A DNA stretch of 63,564 nucleotides, the filler included, from Octopus bimaculoides (Eukaryota), in the NCBI RefSeq assembly GCF_001194135.2. It is 6 parts of 6 records of this genome, joined end to end, with 100 filler letters (N's around TTAATTAATTAA, not from the genome) between each part and the next. Parts side by side here need not be neighbours in the genome. Positions count along the whole stretch, not along the records: positions 48,100 to 56,082 come from NC_068991.1; positions 56,183 to 58,449 come from NW_026319963.1; positions 58,550 to 63,564 come from NW_026404807.1; 3 more parts are not named here. One strand, given 5' to 3'. The position numbers and the translations under genes are program-made. How positions within the stretch are numbered: position 1 is the stretch's first letter; the number at the start of each line of letters is the position of its first letter. Below the pieces are notes generated by a model, which saw only the letters and a program-made list of their open reading frames with translations, was not told the origin of the DNA and made no database searches. Shown piece by piece: positions 48,999 through 61,500 of the stretch.

Positions 48999-50063
48999 GT
49001 AGTAATATTTATAATAGGTGAGAGATGTGTATTTAAGTACGTATTGTGAAAAAATAGATTACATACAAAAAATGTATATATGTGTGTATATATTTTTAAG
49101 TGGTGGTCAAAAATTTGTCTAAAATATGTATTGAGCAAGAGAGGAAGATATATGAATTTTCGGAATAGGTTTTATAATTAATAAAAAAGTAAATAAAAGT
49201 CATATAATATTTGGGCGGTGGGGTAGAATAGTATATGAATAACCAGGTAGTATAAGATAATTAAAATAGAGAGAATTAAAGGATAGAAATCTTATATAAA
49301 GGAAGTAATTATGTAGAGAGAGGCAGTATACATCAACAACTGTATCGGTGGCACCTCACTCTCCTGAGAACATCTTGACTCGTTCCTCTCTTTCGTTCAA
49401 TCCTTCCATCCTGCCCTCCACTTCTCTCTCCCCCCTGCCTCTCTCCTCCTNNNNNNNNNNNNNNNNNNNNNNNNNNNNNNNNNNNNNNNNNNNNNNNNNN
49501 NNNNNNNNNNNNNNNNNNNNNNNNNNNNNNNNNNNNNNNNNNNNNNNNNNNNNNNNNNNNNNNNNNNNNNNNNNNNNNNNNNNNNNNNNNNNNNNNNNNN
49601 NNNNNNNNNNNNNNNNNNNNNNNNNNNNNNNNNNNNNNNNNNNNNNNNNNNNNNNNNNNNNNNNNNNNNNNNNNNNNNNNNNNNNNNNNNNNNNNNNNNN
49701 NNNNNNNNNNNNNNNNNNNNNNNNNNNNNNNNNNNNNNNNNNNNNNNNNNNNNNNNNNNNNNNNNNNNNNNNNNNNNNNNNNNNNNNNNNNNNNNNNNNN
49801 NNNNNNNNNNNNNNNNNNNNNNNNNNNNNNNNNNNNNNNNNNNNNNNNNNNNNNNNNNNNNNNNNNNNNNNNNNNNNNNNNNNNNNNNNNNNNNNNNNNN
49901 NNNNNNNNNNNNNNNNNNNNNNNNNNNNNNNNNNNNNNNNNNNNNNNNNNNNNNNNNNNNNNNNNNNNNNNNNNNNNNNNNNNNNNNNNGCACACACTAC
50001 AACTGACCAACTCCTTTCTCCCATCCCCATTTTCACACATGCATATGTCAAGATCACCAGCAT

Positions 50064-50094
<31 letters not shown>

Positions 50095-50249
50095 GCTCCT
50101 CGTTCTTTGGTCACCGTACTTTCTTCCCCTTTTGTTATCTCCCCCTTTTCTTAGCTCTCCTGTGTGAACTTTCTAAACTTCCCCACTTCCTGTCCGCAGA
50201 AGCCATGACAGTAGTCATGATAGATCATTGACCAGAGACCATTCAATTT

Positions 50250-50420
50250 TTTTTACTCCGTGTTTTTCTCCTTATTTTCTCCGTATTCTTTCTGTTGAAG
50301 AGCGTAGCTCGAAACGTTAAAGACTTTCTGTATTCCTGAGCGTCAAACTAATACATCCTTTTGTTGTTTACACCACCTGTCCTCGTCTGTTGTTGTTTTT
50401 TTTCGTACATTCTCCCACAT
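50250..50420 (+). mobile_element. Penelope-associated repeat (same family as 1600-1790)
   Basis: GAGCGTCAAACTAATACA...CACCTGTC shared; HHR-like motif at 50287. Confidence 0.6.
50287..50323 (+). ncRNA. Minimal hammerhead-like motif with variant core CUGUUGA
   Basis: UCUUU-CUGUUGA-A-GAGC(GUA)GCUC-GAAA-CGUU^AAAGA; stem I 5 bp; A6U departs from consensus. Confidence 0.55.
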
Positions 50421-50990
50421 TATACCTAGAACTAAATTATAAGGAGGAATAATAATAAGAAAAAAGGTTGAGGAAGTAGGGTGTAGATAATAGGTTGATA
50501 AAAAGGAATTTTGACATGTTTACAAGAAAAAACATATTCATCTCTCGAATTTAAAAGAGACTATTCATTTTCTTAATATTATAAATCTCTTCTAAGCATC
50601 AATAGCAGATGCCTNNNNNNNNNNNNNNNNNNNNNNNNNNNNNNNNNNNNNNNNNNNNNNNNNNNNNNNNNNNNNNNNNNNNNNNNNNNNNNNNNNNNNN
50701 NNNNNNNNNNNNNNNNNNNNNNNNNNNNNNNNNNNNNNNNNNNNNNNNNNNNNNNNNNNNNNNNNNNNNNNNNNNNNNNNNNNNNNNNNNNNNNNNNNNN
50801 NNNNNNNNNNNNNNNNNNNNNNNNNNNNNNNNNNNNNNNNNNNNNNNNNNNNNNNNNNNNNNNNNNNNNNNNNNNNNNNNNNNNNNNNNNNNNNNNNNNN
50901 NNNNNNNNNNNNNNNNNNNNNNNNNNNNNNNNNNNNNNNNNNNNNNNNNNNNNNNNNNNNNNNNNNNNNNNNNNNNNNNNNNNNNNNNNN

Positions 50991-51057
50991 CATAATAGCT
51001 GATGAGAATGCATCATAGTTCTTAGCTCTAGCATTTGAAACTGTGAGTCCTATTATG
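50991..51057 (+). ncRNA. Type I hammerhead ribozyme, canonical GUC site
   Basis: CAUAAUAG-CUGAUGA-GAAUGC(19 nt)GCAUUU-GAAA-CUGUGAGUC^CUAUUAUG; stem I 8 bp, stem II 6 bp. Confidence 0.88.
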
Positions 51058-51140
51058 ATAACTTACTGATTGTCCTAAACTATACATATATAAATTCCTC
51101 TATGTACCTAATATCGAGGTCTCATTCTTTTGTTGTCATT

Positions 51141-51213
<73 letters not shown>

Positions 51214-51225
51214 CATATACATATA

Positions 51226-51275
<50 letters not shown>

Positions 51276-52022
51276 CACACGCATATATATACATATAAGT
51301 ATAGAGTGTTAGAAATGGTGTACAGATATTGAATATTGAGGAAAGGATGTTACCAGAATTTTGGAAAAAGAATTTTTTTATTTAGATATTATTATTAGTG
51401 CTTTTGTTCGTCTTCAAATCTGTCAAATAAAATTGTGAATGCGCAAACAGTTTGTTCATTTATATAAATCAGGGTTTTTTTGTTTTGTTTAGTAGAGGAG
51501 AACATTGTTTTTGTTTTTTTGTTTTTTTTAGGGTGAGGTTTCAGGATAATGGGAATAGACAGATAGATAGGTAGAGAGAGAGAGAGAGAGGGAGGGATTT
51601 CTTTTCAATTTGGAATGTTTTTTACCATTTATTTATTTAGTATTTTTACCATTGTATAGCTACTGGCATGAGACATGAGTTCATGGATGGTAACCTCTTT
51701 TAGGATAAGGAAAATAAAGAAAAAGGATGGGGTGCAGTCATTACTAAAATAATTTTTTCTCTTTTTTCTTAAGGTACCAAGGAGGAAGATAAGAAGTTTC
51801 CTGAAAAACTAAATATATATATACATTTGTGTGTATGCATGTGTGTGTGCATATGTGTACCTGTGAATTTATGTGTTTGAAAATATGTCTATGTCTACAC
51901 TGTGTAATTTTGATGTTTTGCATTGAAAAAGAAAGTCAGGTTTCTTTCAATTTCATGTTTTGTATGAAAAGACAATATTTTCAAATTAAAAAAATATGTA
52001 AGGTTAGAATATCCCAATGTTA

Positions 52023-53760
52023 TCTATAATATAAAGCCTGTTCTGTGTGTGTGTGTAAAAGAGTATAACGGCCGTATTTTTCAACTGATTTTCTCCAAAC
52101 TTTGAACATACATTACTTATGTTCCAGGGATGGTTTTAGACTCTTAAAATTTTTCACATTATGTGTATCAAGCCCCCTGGGGTCAGAAAACACCCGTTCC
52201 TGGGTTACATGGAGAAGGGCGGTAACACTTTGCAAAGTAACTTTCAGAAATTGGTTGTCTCTCTAGCATCCATTGGTCCTAAAAAAACATTAAAAGCATT
52301 GCTTTTTATATTAGATTCATGTCTTTGAAAGATTAAAAAAATATTTACTTCCGGTTTCTAGCATCAGTGACGTCTATATCTCTCTATCCATCTCTCCCTA
52401 TATCTCTCTAACCATATCTATCTCTTTTTCTATCTATCTCTCTGCATCTATCTGTCTATATCTTATCTATCTATATCTATCTTATTTGTCTAACTAGGTA
52501 GCTCTCTCTCTCTCTCTCTCTCCCACTCTCTCTATATCTCACTCACTCTCTTTTGTTTTCACTTTCATTTTTCAGACACTATTGTTTTCACTTTAAGCTC
52601 AATCACTATTGTTTTCACTAAGTTTTCAATCACTATTTACAAACAACAACGACAAATTACTGACAGAAAAAAGTTCACAATTACTGATGAATGTTATTTC
52701 ATACATAATTTACTGACAGAAGTAACTTCATAAATTTCACTATAATCCGTACACTTCATTAAATTTGCCTACAAATTCCTTATTTACTTTTGCAACATTT
52801 TGTGATTTTTTGTTATTGACAGATTTACTGATAAAAGTAAGTTCATAATTTACTGACAGAAGTAACTTCAAATTTTCACTTAAATCCATACACTTAGTTA
52901 ATTTCCTAAAAAAATTTTTATTTACTTTTGCAACAGTTTTATGTTTTTCTGTTGTTAATGACTTTATTCTGGTTCCTTTGATACGAGCACTTTGGTTCAC
53001 TGACAAATTTTGCTTCAACCCATACAGTTCTTTATTTTCCTTAAAAATTTCATATTTACTTTCTGCCCGTCATATTAAGAAATATAATTTCCATTACCCA
53101 GTTATATTCCTTGTTTACTATCTTCTGCAACTGTGTATTTCTGCATACATATATGACCATGCCTAAGAGTGTCAAATCTGTCTACAATATCATGGACAAC
53201 TAAAAGAGAGGCAGCTGAAGAAAGGGAAGTATACCAAGAAACAAACAGACTGTGCACTACAAAAGCCAGAGCATCTCAAAGTGATGAACAGAGGTATATA
53301 CGGCTGACAAGGAATAGGATCTCCACTGTAGAACGAAGAGCAGTTGCAACTACTCAGAGAAGCAACTTTTATGAAGCAGCTTTCAATTATGATCCAGCAG
53401 TTCATTATGCAGATGACACTAGAGTTTCCATTGGTACAATGACAACTGAATGCATACATTGTAAAGCTAGGAAGTGGTCTAGAAAGACAACTGCACTGTG
53501 CTGCAGTGGTGGAAAGGTTAAACTCTTTGAAATCCCCCAGCCTCCAGAGCCATTGAAGAAACTGTTGTCATCAACTGACTAAAATTCCAAGCACTTCCAA
53601 AACAAAATTAGACTATACAATGCTGCACTACAGATGACATGATTTTGAGCCACACAAGATTTAACTGAGCCAGGATTCATGCAAACTTTCAAGATCCAAG
53701 ATCAGATTTATCATCAGATTGGCTCTCTATTACCTCTGTCAAACGAATCACCAGAATCGG
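52023..53760 (+). mobile_element. Helitron, 5' portion
   Basis: A^TCTATAATATAAAG 5' terminus followed by a TG tract and ...TTTTCAACTGATTTTCTCCAAACTT; Rep fragment downstream; ~142-bp internal duplication at 52702/52844. Confidence 0.8.
53169..53757 (+). pseudogene. Helitron RepHel N-terminal region, inactivated
   Basis: AFNYDP, IGTMTTECIHCKARKW, CCSGGKVKL, PPEPL, SKHF..KIRLYNAALQMT, GFMQTFKIQDQIYHQIGSLLP; three in-frame stops. Confidence 0.92.
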
Positions 53761-54625
53761 CCTTTCACTGTTTATAATCTGTACCTGTTTTTTTGGATAC
53801 AAAATAAGCTACACAAAACGTGTTTTTGAATTTCTTTATATGTATTTACTTTATATACATATATGAATTGAAAACTTTCTTTTAACATTTTACTTAACGT
53901 CTATGTTCCATGCTGGCATGGGCTGGAGAGTTATTAATGTAGAAAGTTGGTATCTCAGCTACTAGCAGTTGAGATCTACGTAATCTAGATGGTGTTTCTA
54001 AATTTCATTATTCTCTTTAACCTAGGCAATGCCAAGTATTTATACCTAAATATTTATAGAGATGAGTATCATGTTTGCAATATTGGAGCTACATTTAGAA
54101 TCAAAAATGCAAGTTCTCCGCTTTTCTTTCAAACATTCAATTTTGGACATAATTTTTTGATGAAGTGTAACTCCATTGCTTTTTGGTATTGTGTGTCATA
54201 CCGTGAACATTTATAAAAGGGAAAGATTTTGAATTTTCCGTCACTGCATATTTCCAGATTCTTGCTTAATGCACACACATGTATTTCCAAACACATGAGC
54301 TCACAGGCACGCACACAGACACACACACACATATTTCTGAACATATGATCTCACAGGCACACATACATACACACGCACGCATGCGCGCACATACATGTGT
54401 ATATATATATGATTAATAAATTCAAAAAGGGATAAAACTCTTTTACAAGAATTTTATCAAGAAGCCAGAGTGTAAAAAAATTCATAAGGGAAATTTCTAT
54501 TCCCAAGAATATAATTATACGTTTATATTTATATAAGGGGCATTACTACAGAATAATAATGCCACACACTGGACTTCTCAAAATAAAACAACACATTTTT
54601 TTAGTACCGAATGCGAAATAACTCA

Positions 54626-54687
54626 ACTATGAATCGGCCGATTTCGCGATTACTAGAATGAATCTAGACTCCGCTCGTCAGCATAGT
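54626..54687 (-). ncRNA. Type I hammerhead ribozyme with extended stem II
   Basis: ACUAUG-CUGACGA-GCG(...CUAGA UUCAU UCUAG...)CGC-GAAA-UCGGCCGAUU^CAUAGU; palindromic stem III AUCGGCCGAU. Confidence 0.8.
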
Positions 54688-55544
54688 ATTGTTTATGAAA
54701 AACATATACAAATAAACAGAATTCTCACCTTACCAAAAACGAACACCTTCCGTAAAGCAAAGGGAATGAAGTTTATCNNNNNNNNNNNNNNNNNNNNNNN
54801 NNNNNNNNNNNNNNNNNNNNNNNNNNNNNNNNNNNNNNNNNNNNNNNNNNNNNNNNNNNNNNNNNNNNNNNNNNNNNNNNNNNNNNNNNNNNNNNNNNNN
54901 NNNNNNNNNNNNNNNNNNNNNNNNNNNNNNNNNNNNNNNNNNNNNNNNNNNNNNNNNNNNNNNNNNNNNNNNNNNNNNNNNNNNNNNNNNNNNNNNNNNN
55001 NNNNNNNNNNNNNNNNNNNNNNNNNNNNNNNNNNNNNNNNNNNNNNNNNNNNNNNNNNNNNNNNNNNNNNNNNNNNNNNNNNNNNNNNNNNNNNNNNNNN
55101 NNNNNNNNNNNNNNNNNNNNNNNNNNNNNNNNNNNNNNNNNNNNNNNNNNNNNNNNNNNNNNNNNNNNNNNNNNNNNNNNNNNNNNNNNNNNNNNNNNNN
55201 NNNNNNNNNNNNNNNNNNNNNNNNNNNNNNNNNNNNNNNNNNNNNNNNNNNNNNNNNNNNNNNNNNNNNNNNNNNNNNNNNNNNNNNNNNNNNNNNNNNN
55301 NNNNNNNNNNNNNNNNNNNNNNNNNNNNNNNNNNNNNNNNNNNNNNNNNNNNNNNNNNNNNNNNNNNNNNNNNNNNNNNNNNNNNNNNAGAAAACTTTTA
55401 ACTACCTCTATTCCTTTCTCCCCCTCTCTGTACCTCTTCTTCTCTCGCTCTCTCAAACGCATACACGTGCAAGTACACAATCATTCAGTAAAATATAACT
55501 CATGTTCATCAATGTTTTGTAAATATACCACGATTTTCACTAGG

Positions 55545-55700
55545 GTGTTAGGGTTAGGGTTTTAGGGTCAGGGTTAGGGTTTAGGGTTAGGGTTACGGTT
55601 AGGGTTAGGATTAGTGTTACGGTTTTAGGGTCAGGGTTAGGGTTTTAGGGTTAGGGTTAGGGTTTAGGGTTAATGTTAGGGTTAGTATTAGGGTTGGGTA
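55545..55700 (+). repeat. Interstitial degenerate (TTAGGG)n tract
   Basis: About 20 TTAGGG/TTTTAGGG/TCAGGG/TTACGG units. Confidence 0.85.
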
Positions 55701-56645
55701 ATCGTGCGGGTGTTAATGTGAAAAATTACAGATACGTGAAAAGTACCGACCCTGCCATCTATTATAACTTTTGTTGTTCTGTTTAATATATACATAGATT
55801 ATGCCTCCAAAGAAGAGAGTTTGCTGGGGAAAGAAAGCAACCGGTTTAAAATGACGGCAACAGACTGCAGCAATTCACCACATTCCAGAAGCTTCTTTCA
55901 ACATAATGCAAAATGGTGCATCAACATCTACTGCCCAATCTGATAGAATTCTGGCAGAACTGTGTAGCAACAGATCACCAGCAATTGCTTCATCACAAAT
56001 TGCCGTCCTAGCTCCTGCAAAAAGGGATTACCCTGCTATGTATAATCAGGGCAGCGCAAAAAGTTGTTTTGCACAAGCATTTNNNNNNNNNNNNNNNNNN
56101 NNNNNNNNNNNNNNNNNNNNNNNNNNTTAATTAATTAANNNNNNNNNNNNNNNNNNNNNNNNNNNNNNNNNNNNNNNNNNNNGTGTGTGTGTGTGTGTGT
56201 GTGCGCGTGTGTGTGTGTGTGCGCGTGTGTGTGTGTGTACGCGCACGTTTGTGTCTCACATAACTTATGAACGATTTACCAGTTGCGAAGAGGTTATGCA
56301 ACTGAAGAGATAGACAGTGGAATGAATCTCAAGGGTGTTAAAAGGTAACAACAAACGAAGGGTAACAGTTGAGCCTCGTTTATACACAAAGAAAGAATCT
56401 TCAATCATATACAAAGTCACACATAGGCCCATGCACACAAACACAAATACACACACACACACCACATCACATACAAAAAAACAGACATGCAAATGCGTAC
56501 ACACGTCCAGACATTTATATATAAGCGTATTATTAAACCGAAAATTTATGCGGGTGGGCACGTTTACACCGGGGGTATATAAACCATTGAAAGAGACGAA
56601 CGAATTAGAACTAGATAAGTTTATAGGTATACCAATACATACATT

Positions 56646-57835
56646 TGTGCATGTGTTATAGTAAGCTTGATAGTGTGTGATTACGAATCAATATACATGC
56701 ACACACAAACACACACGCATATACATAAATATATATATTTGTATATGTATGTATATATAAATATATATACATATTCACACAAACACACAGATACGTATAT
56801 AAATGCATACATACATACATGTGTGCATGTGTTATAGTAAAGCTTGATAGCGTGTGATTACGAATCAATATACATGCACACACAAACACACACGCATATA
56901 CATACATATATATATTTGTATATGTATGTATATATAAATATATATACATATTCACACAANNNNNNNNNNNNNNNNNNNNNNNNNNNNNNNNNNNNNNNNN
57001 NNNNNNNNNNNNNNNNNNNNNNNNNNNNNNNNNNNNNNNNNNNNNNNNNNNNNNNNNNNNNNNNNNNNNNNNNNNNNNNNNNNNNNNNNNNNNNNNNNNN
57101 NNNNNNNNNNNNNNNNNNNNNNNNNNNNNNNNNNNNNNNNNNNNNNNNNNNNNNNNNNNNNNNNNNNNNNNNNNNNNNNNNNNNNNNNNNNNNNNNNNNN
57201 NNNNNNNNNNNNNNNNNNNNNNNNNNNNNNNNNNNNNNNNNNNNNNNNNNNNNNNNNNNNNNNNNNNNNNNNNNNNNNNNNNNNNNNNNNNNNNNNNNNN
57301 NNNNNNNNNNNNNNNNNNNNNNNNNNNNNNNNNNNNNNNNNNNNNNNNNNNNNNNNNNNNNNNNNNNNNNNNNNNNNNNNNNNNNNNNNNNNNNNNNNNN
57401 NNNNNNNNNNNNNNNNNNNNNNNNNNNNNNNNNNNNNNNNNNNNNNNNNNNNNNNNNNNNNNNNNNNNNNNNNNNNNNNNNNNNNNNNNNNNNNNNNNNN
57501 NNNNNNNNNNNNNNNNNNNNNNNNNNNNNNNNNNNNNNNNNNNNNNNNNNNNNNNNNNNNNNNNNNNNNNNNNNNNATATATATATTTGTATATGTATGT
57601 ATATATAAATATATATACATATTCACACAAACACACAGATACGTATATAAATGCATACATACATACATTTGTGCATGTGTTATAGTAAAGCTTGATAGTG
57701 TGTGATTACGAATCAATATACATGCACACACAAACACACACGCATATACATACATATATATATTTGTATATGTATGTATATATAAATATATATACATATT
57801 CACACAAGCACACAGACACGTATATAAATGCATAT
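56646..57835. repeat. ~176-bp tandem repeat, partly in a gap
   Basis: GTGCATGTGTTATAG...GATTACGAATCAATATAC at 56647, 56823, 57671. Confidence 0.88.
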
Positions 57836-57953
57836 GTATGTACGTACATACATAAATGCACACATACATGTATATATATGTGCAATGACAAGCAAACCGC
57901 CAGAAAACAGCCAGCCGTTAAATTACTATACGTATATGTGTATGAGCGCGCAG

Positions 57954-58003
<50 letters not shown>

Positions 58004-58227
58004 AAATGCTTGTATCCCTATATGATCACCAAAATAAACAACTATATGAGGTCCGCGTATAATAACATGGTAGCAGAACAAAAAGTTAAAACAAACATTT
58101 TACTCACACACACCGTAACACGCTCACACATACATTCATACACACACACACACACATATATATTACAAGCACACATACGTACATTCATGCATACACATGC
58201 ATGAATCTACGTAAAAATATCATTATT

Positions 58228-58261
<34 letters not shown>

Positions 58262-58589
58262 TATATATATTCATATGTGTATGCGTTGTCCACCTACCGT
58301 ACGTAGCGTGTAAATACCGCATTCAACTGTAAGAAAAAAAGTAATAAGAGTAGTAGTGGTAGTAGTAGTGGTGGTGGTGGTGTTAATGGTGACGATGTCG
58401 GTGTAGTTGTAATCGTAGTAGTAATGGTAGTAGTCGTAGTAGTAGTAGANNNNNNNNNNNNNNNNNNNNNNNNNNNNNNNNNNNNNNNNNNNNTTAATTA
58501 ATTAANNNNNNNNNNNNNNNNNNNNNNNNNNNNNNNNNNNNNNNNNNNNCTGTATGGATGGATTTATTGAGTTCACATGATCTAGCAGC

Positions 58590-61500
58590 ATTTGGACATA
58601 CGTACATACGTAAATTCGTACATACGTACATACAGACATACATGCATACATACCTACATACTTACATCAGGTACGTACATACGCACATACGTACATTACG
58701 TACTTATATACGTACATAAGTATATACATACATACATACTTACATATATACGTGCATCACGTACGTACATACGTACATACATACGTACATATATACACAC
58801 ATACATAAACACACACGTAGATTACGTACGTGAGTACGTACGTACATTCGTACATACGTACAAACGTATATACATGCATAGATACATACGTATATTACGT
58901 ACGCACGTACGTCCGTACGTACATACGTATATACATACATACGTACATACATACATATGTACATTACGTACTTACGTACGTACATACATACGTACATACG
59001 TACGTACATACATACATACATANNNNNNNNNNNNNNNNNNNNNNNNNNNNNNNNNNNNNNNNNNNNNNNNNNNNNNNNNNNNNNNNNNNNNNNNNNNNNN
59101 NNNNNNNNNNNNNNNNNNNNNNNNNNNNNNNNNNNNNNNNNNNNNNNNNNNNNNNNNNNNNNNNNNNNNNNNNNATACGTGCATACGTACATACGTATAT
59201 CCATACATACATACATACGTACATGTGTACATACATACATACAAACGTAGATACGTACATTTATTACGTATGTACGTACATACGTACATACGTGCCTACA
59301 TACATAATACATAAGTACATACGTATATTACATACGTACATACGAAAATACGAACATACATACATACGTACATTACGAACGTACGCACGTACGTATTTAC
59401 ATGCGTACATAAATACATACATACATACATGCGTACGTACGTACATACGTACATACGTACAAACGTATAAACATACATACATATATACATACGTATACTA
59501 CGTACGTACCTACGTACGTGCGTGCATAGGTACATACGTATATACGTACATACTTACATACGTACATACATAAATGCATATGAACATACGTACATTACGT
59601 ATGTACATTACGTACGTACATACATACATACATAGATAGATACATACGTACATAGGTACATTACGTACGTAGATAGGTACATACGTACATAAGTACATAA
59701 CTATATACGTACATACATACATACGTACATTACGTACGTGCGTACGTACATACGTACATACGTATATACATACGTATATTGTGTACGTATGTACGTACAT
59801 ACGTATATACGTACATTCGTACATGCGTATATACATACTTACATATGTACATACGTACATTACGTACGTACGTAAGTACGTACATACATATATACGTATA
59901 TATTTACATACATAAATACATACATACATTACGTACTTACGTACATATGTACATAGGTAAATATATACAGGCATACATACGGACATACGTACGTTAAGTA
60001 AGTACGTCAAAGGTACGTCCATACGTACATACGTACATAAGTACATACCTGCATACATACATACGTACTTACATTACGCACGTACCTACATACGTACATA
60101 TGTACATACATGCATACGCACATACATACATTACGTACGGAAGTACGTACTTACATACGTAAATACGTATATAGGTACATACATTCACACATTCATACGT
60201 AAATACGTACATTACGCACGTACGTAGGTACATACATTCATACCTGCATACGAACATACATACATATATTACGAACGTACATACGTTCATAGGTACAAAC
60301 ATACATGCATACATACGTATATTAGGTACGGAAGTACGAACGTACATACATACGTAAATACCTACTTCCATACATATATATATACGTACAATACGTACAT
60401 ACGTACGTACAAACGTACATACATACATACGTACATATGTGCATTACGTACGTACTACGTACGTACATAGGTACATACATACATACATAAATACATATAT
60501 ACGTAAGTACATTACGTACGTACGTACATTATGTACGTACGTACATACGTACATTACGTATATACATACATACGTACACACGTACATTACGTACGTACGT
60601 ACATACGTACATACGTGAAAACGTACCTACATACATACGTAACGTACGTACGTAATTACATACGTACATGAATATATACGTGCATACATACATACATTCA
60701 TCCATATATACATGCGTATATTACGTACGTACACACAAGTTCATACGTACATTCGAACGTTTATTCGTACATTTATATATACATACATACATACGTACAT
60801 TACGTAGTTACGTACGTGCCTACNNNNNNNNNNATATATACATACATACATACGTACATTACGTAGTTACGTACGTGCCTACATACGTACATACTTACAT
60901 ACGTATATACATACGTACATACGTACATGACATACGTGCGTACGTACGTACATACGAATATACATACATACATGCGTAGATTACGTACGTGCGCATGTAC
61001 ATACGTACATACGTAATACCATAAATATATATATACATACATACATACATACATACATACATACATACANNNNNNNNNNCATACATACATACATACATAC
61101 ATTCATACGCACATTACGTACGTAGGTACGTACATAAATATATACGAACATACATATATACATACATTACGTACGTACGTACATACGTACATACGTACGT
61201 ACATACGTACATACATACATGCAAACATACGTACATGCGTACATTAGGTACGTACGTTTGTACGTACGTACATACGTTAATACGTACATAAGTACACACC
61301 TACATGCATACATACATATATACATACATACATACGTACATAACGTACGTACATACTACATACGTACATACATACATANNNNNNNNNNACATACGTACAT
61401 AACGTACGTACATACTACATACGTACATACATACATACGTACATACATACGTACATACCTACATTACGTATGTACTTACATACGTACACACCCACATATG

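Noticed and set aside
53680-53720. Minus-strand CTGATGA...GAAA
   Set aside because: It lies in Helitron coding sequence and has no closing stem II pair; chance.
55545-55700. True telomere or chromosome end
   Set aside because: Short, degenerate and flanked on both sides by non-telomeric sequence.
56295-56335. CTGAAGAGAT...ATCTC hairpin as an HHR
   Set aside because: GAAA and the cleavage site are absent.
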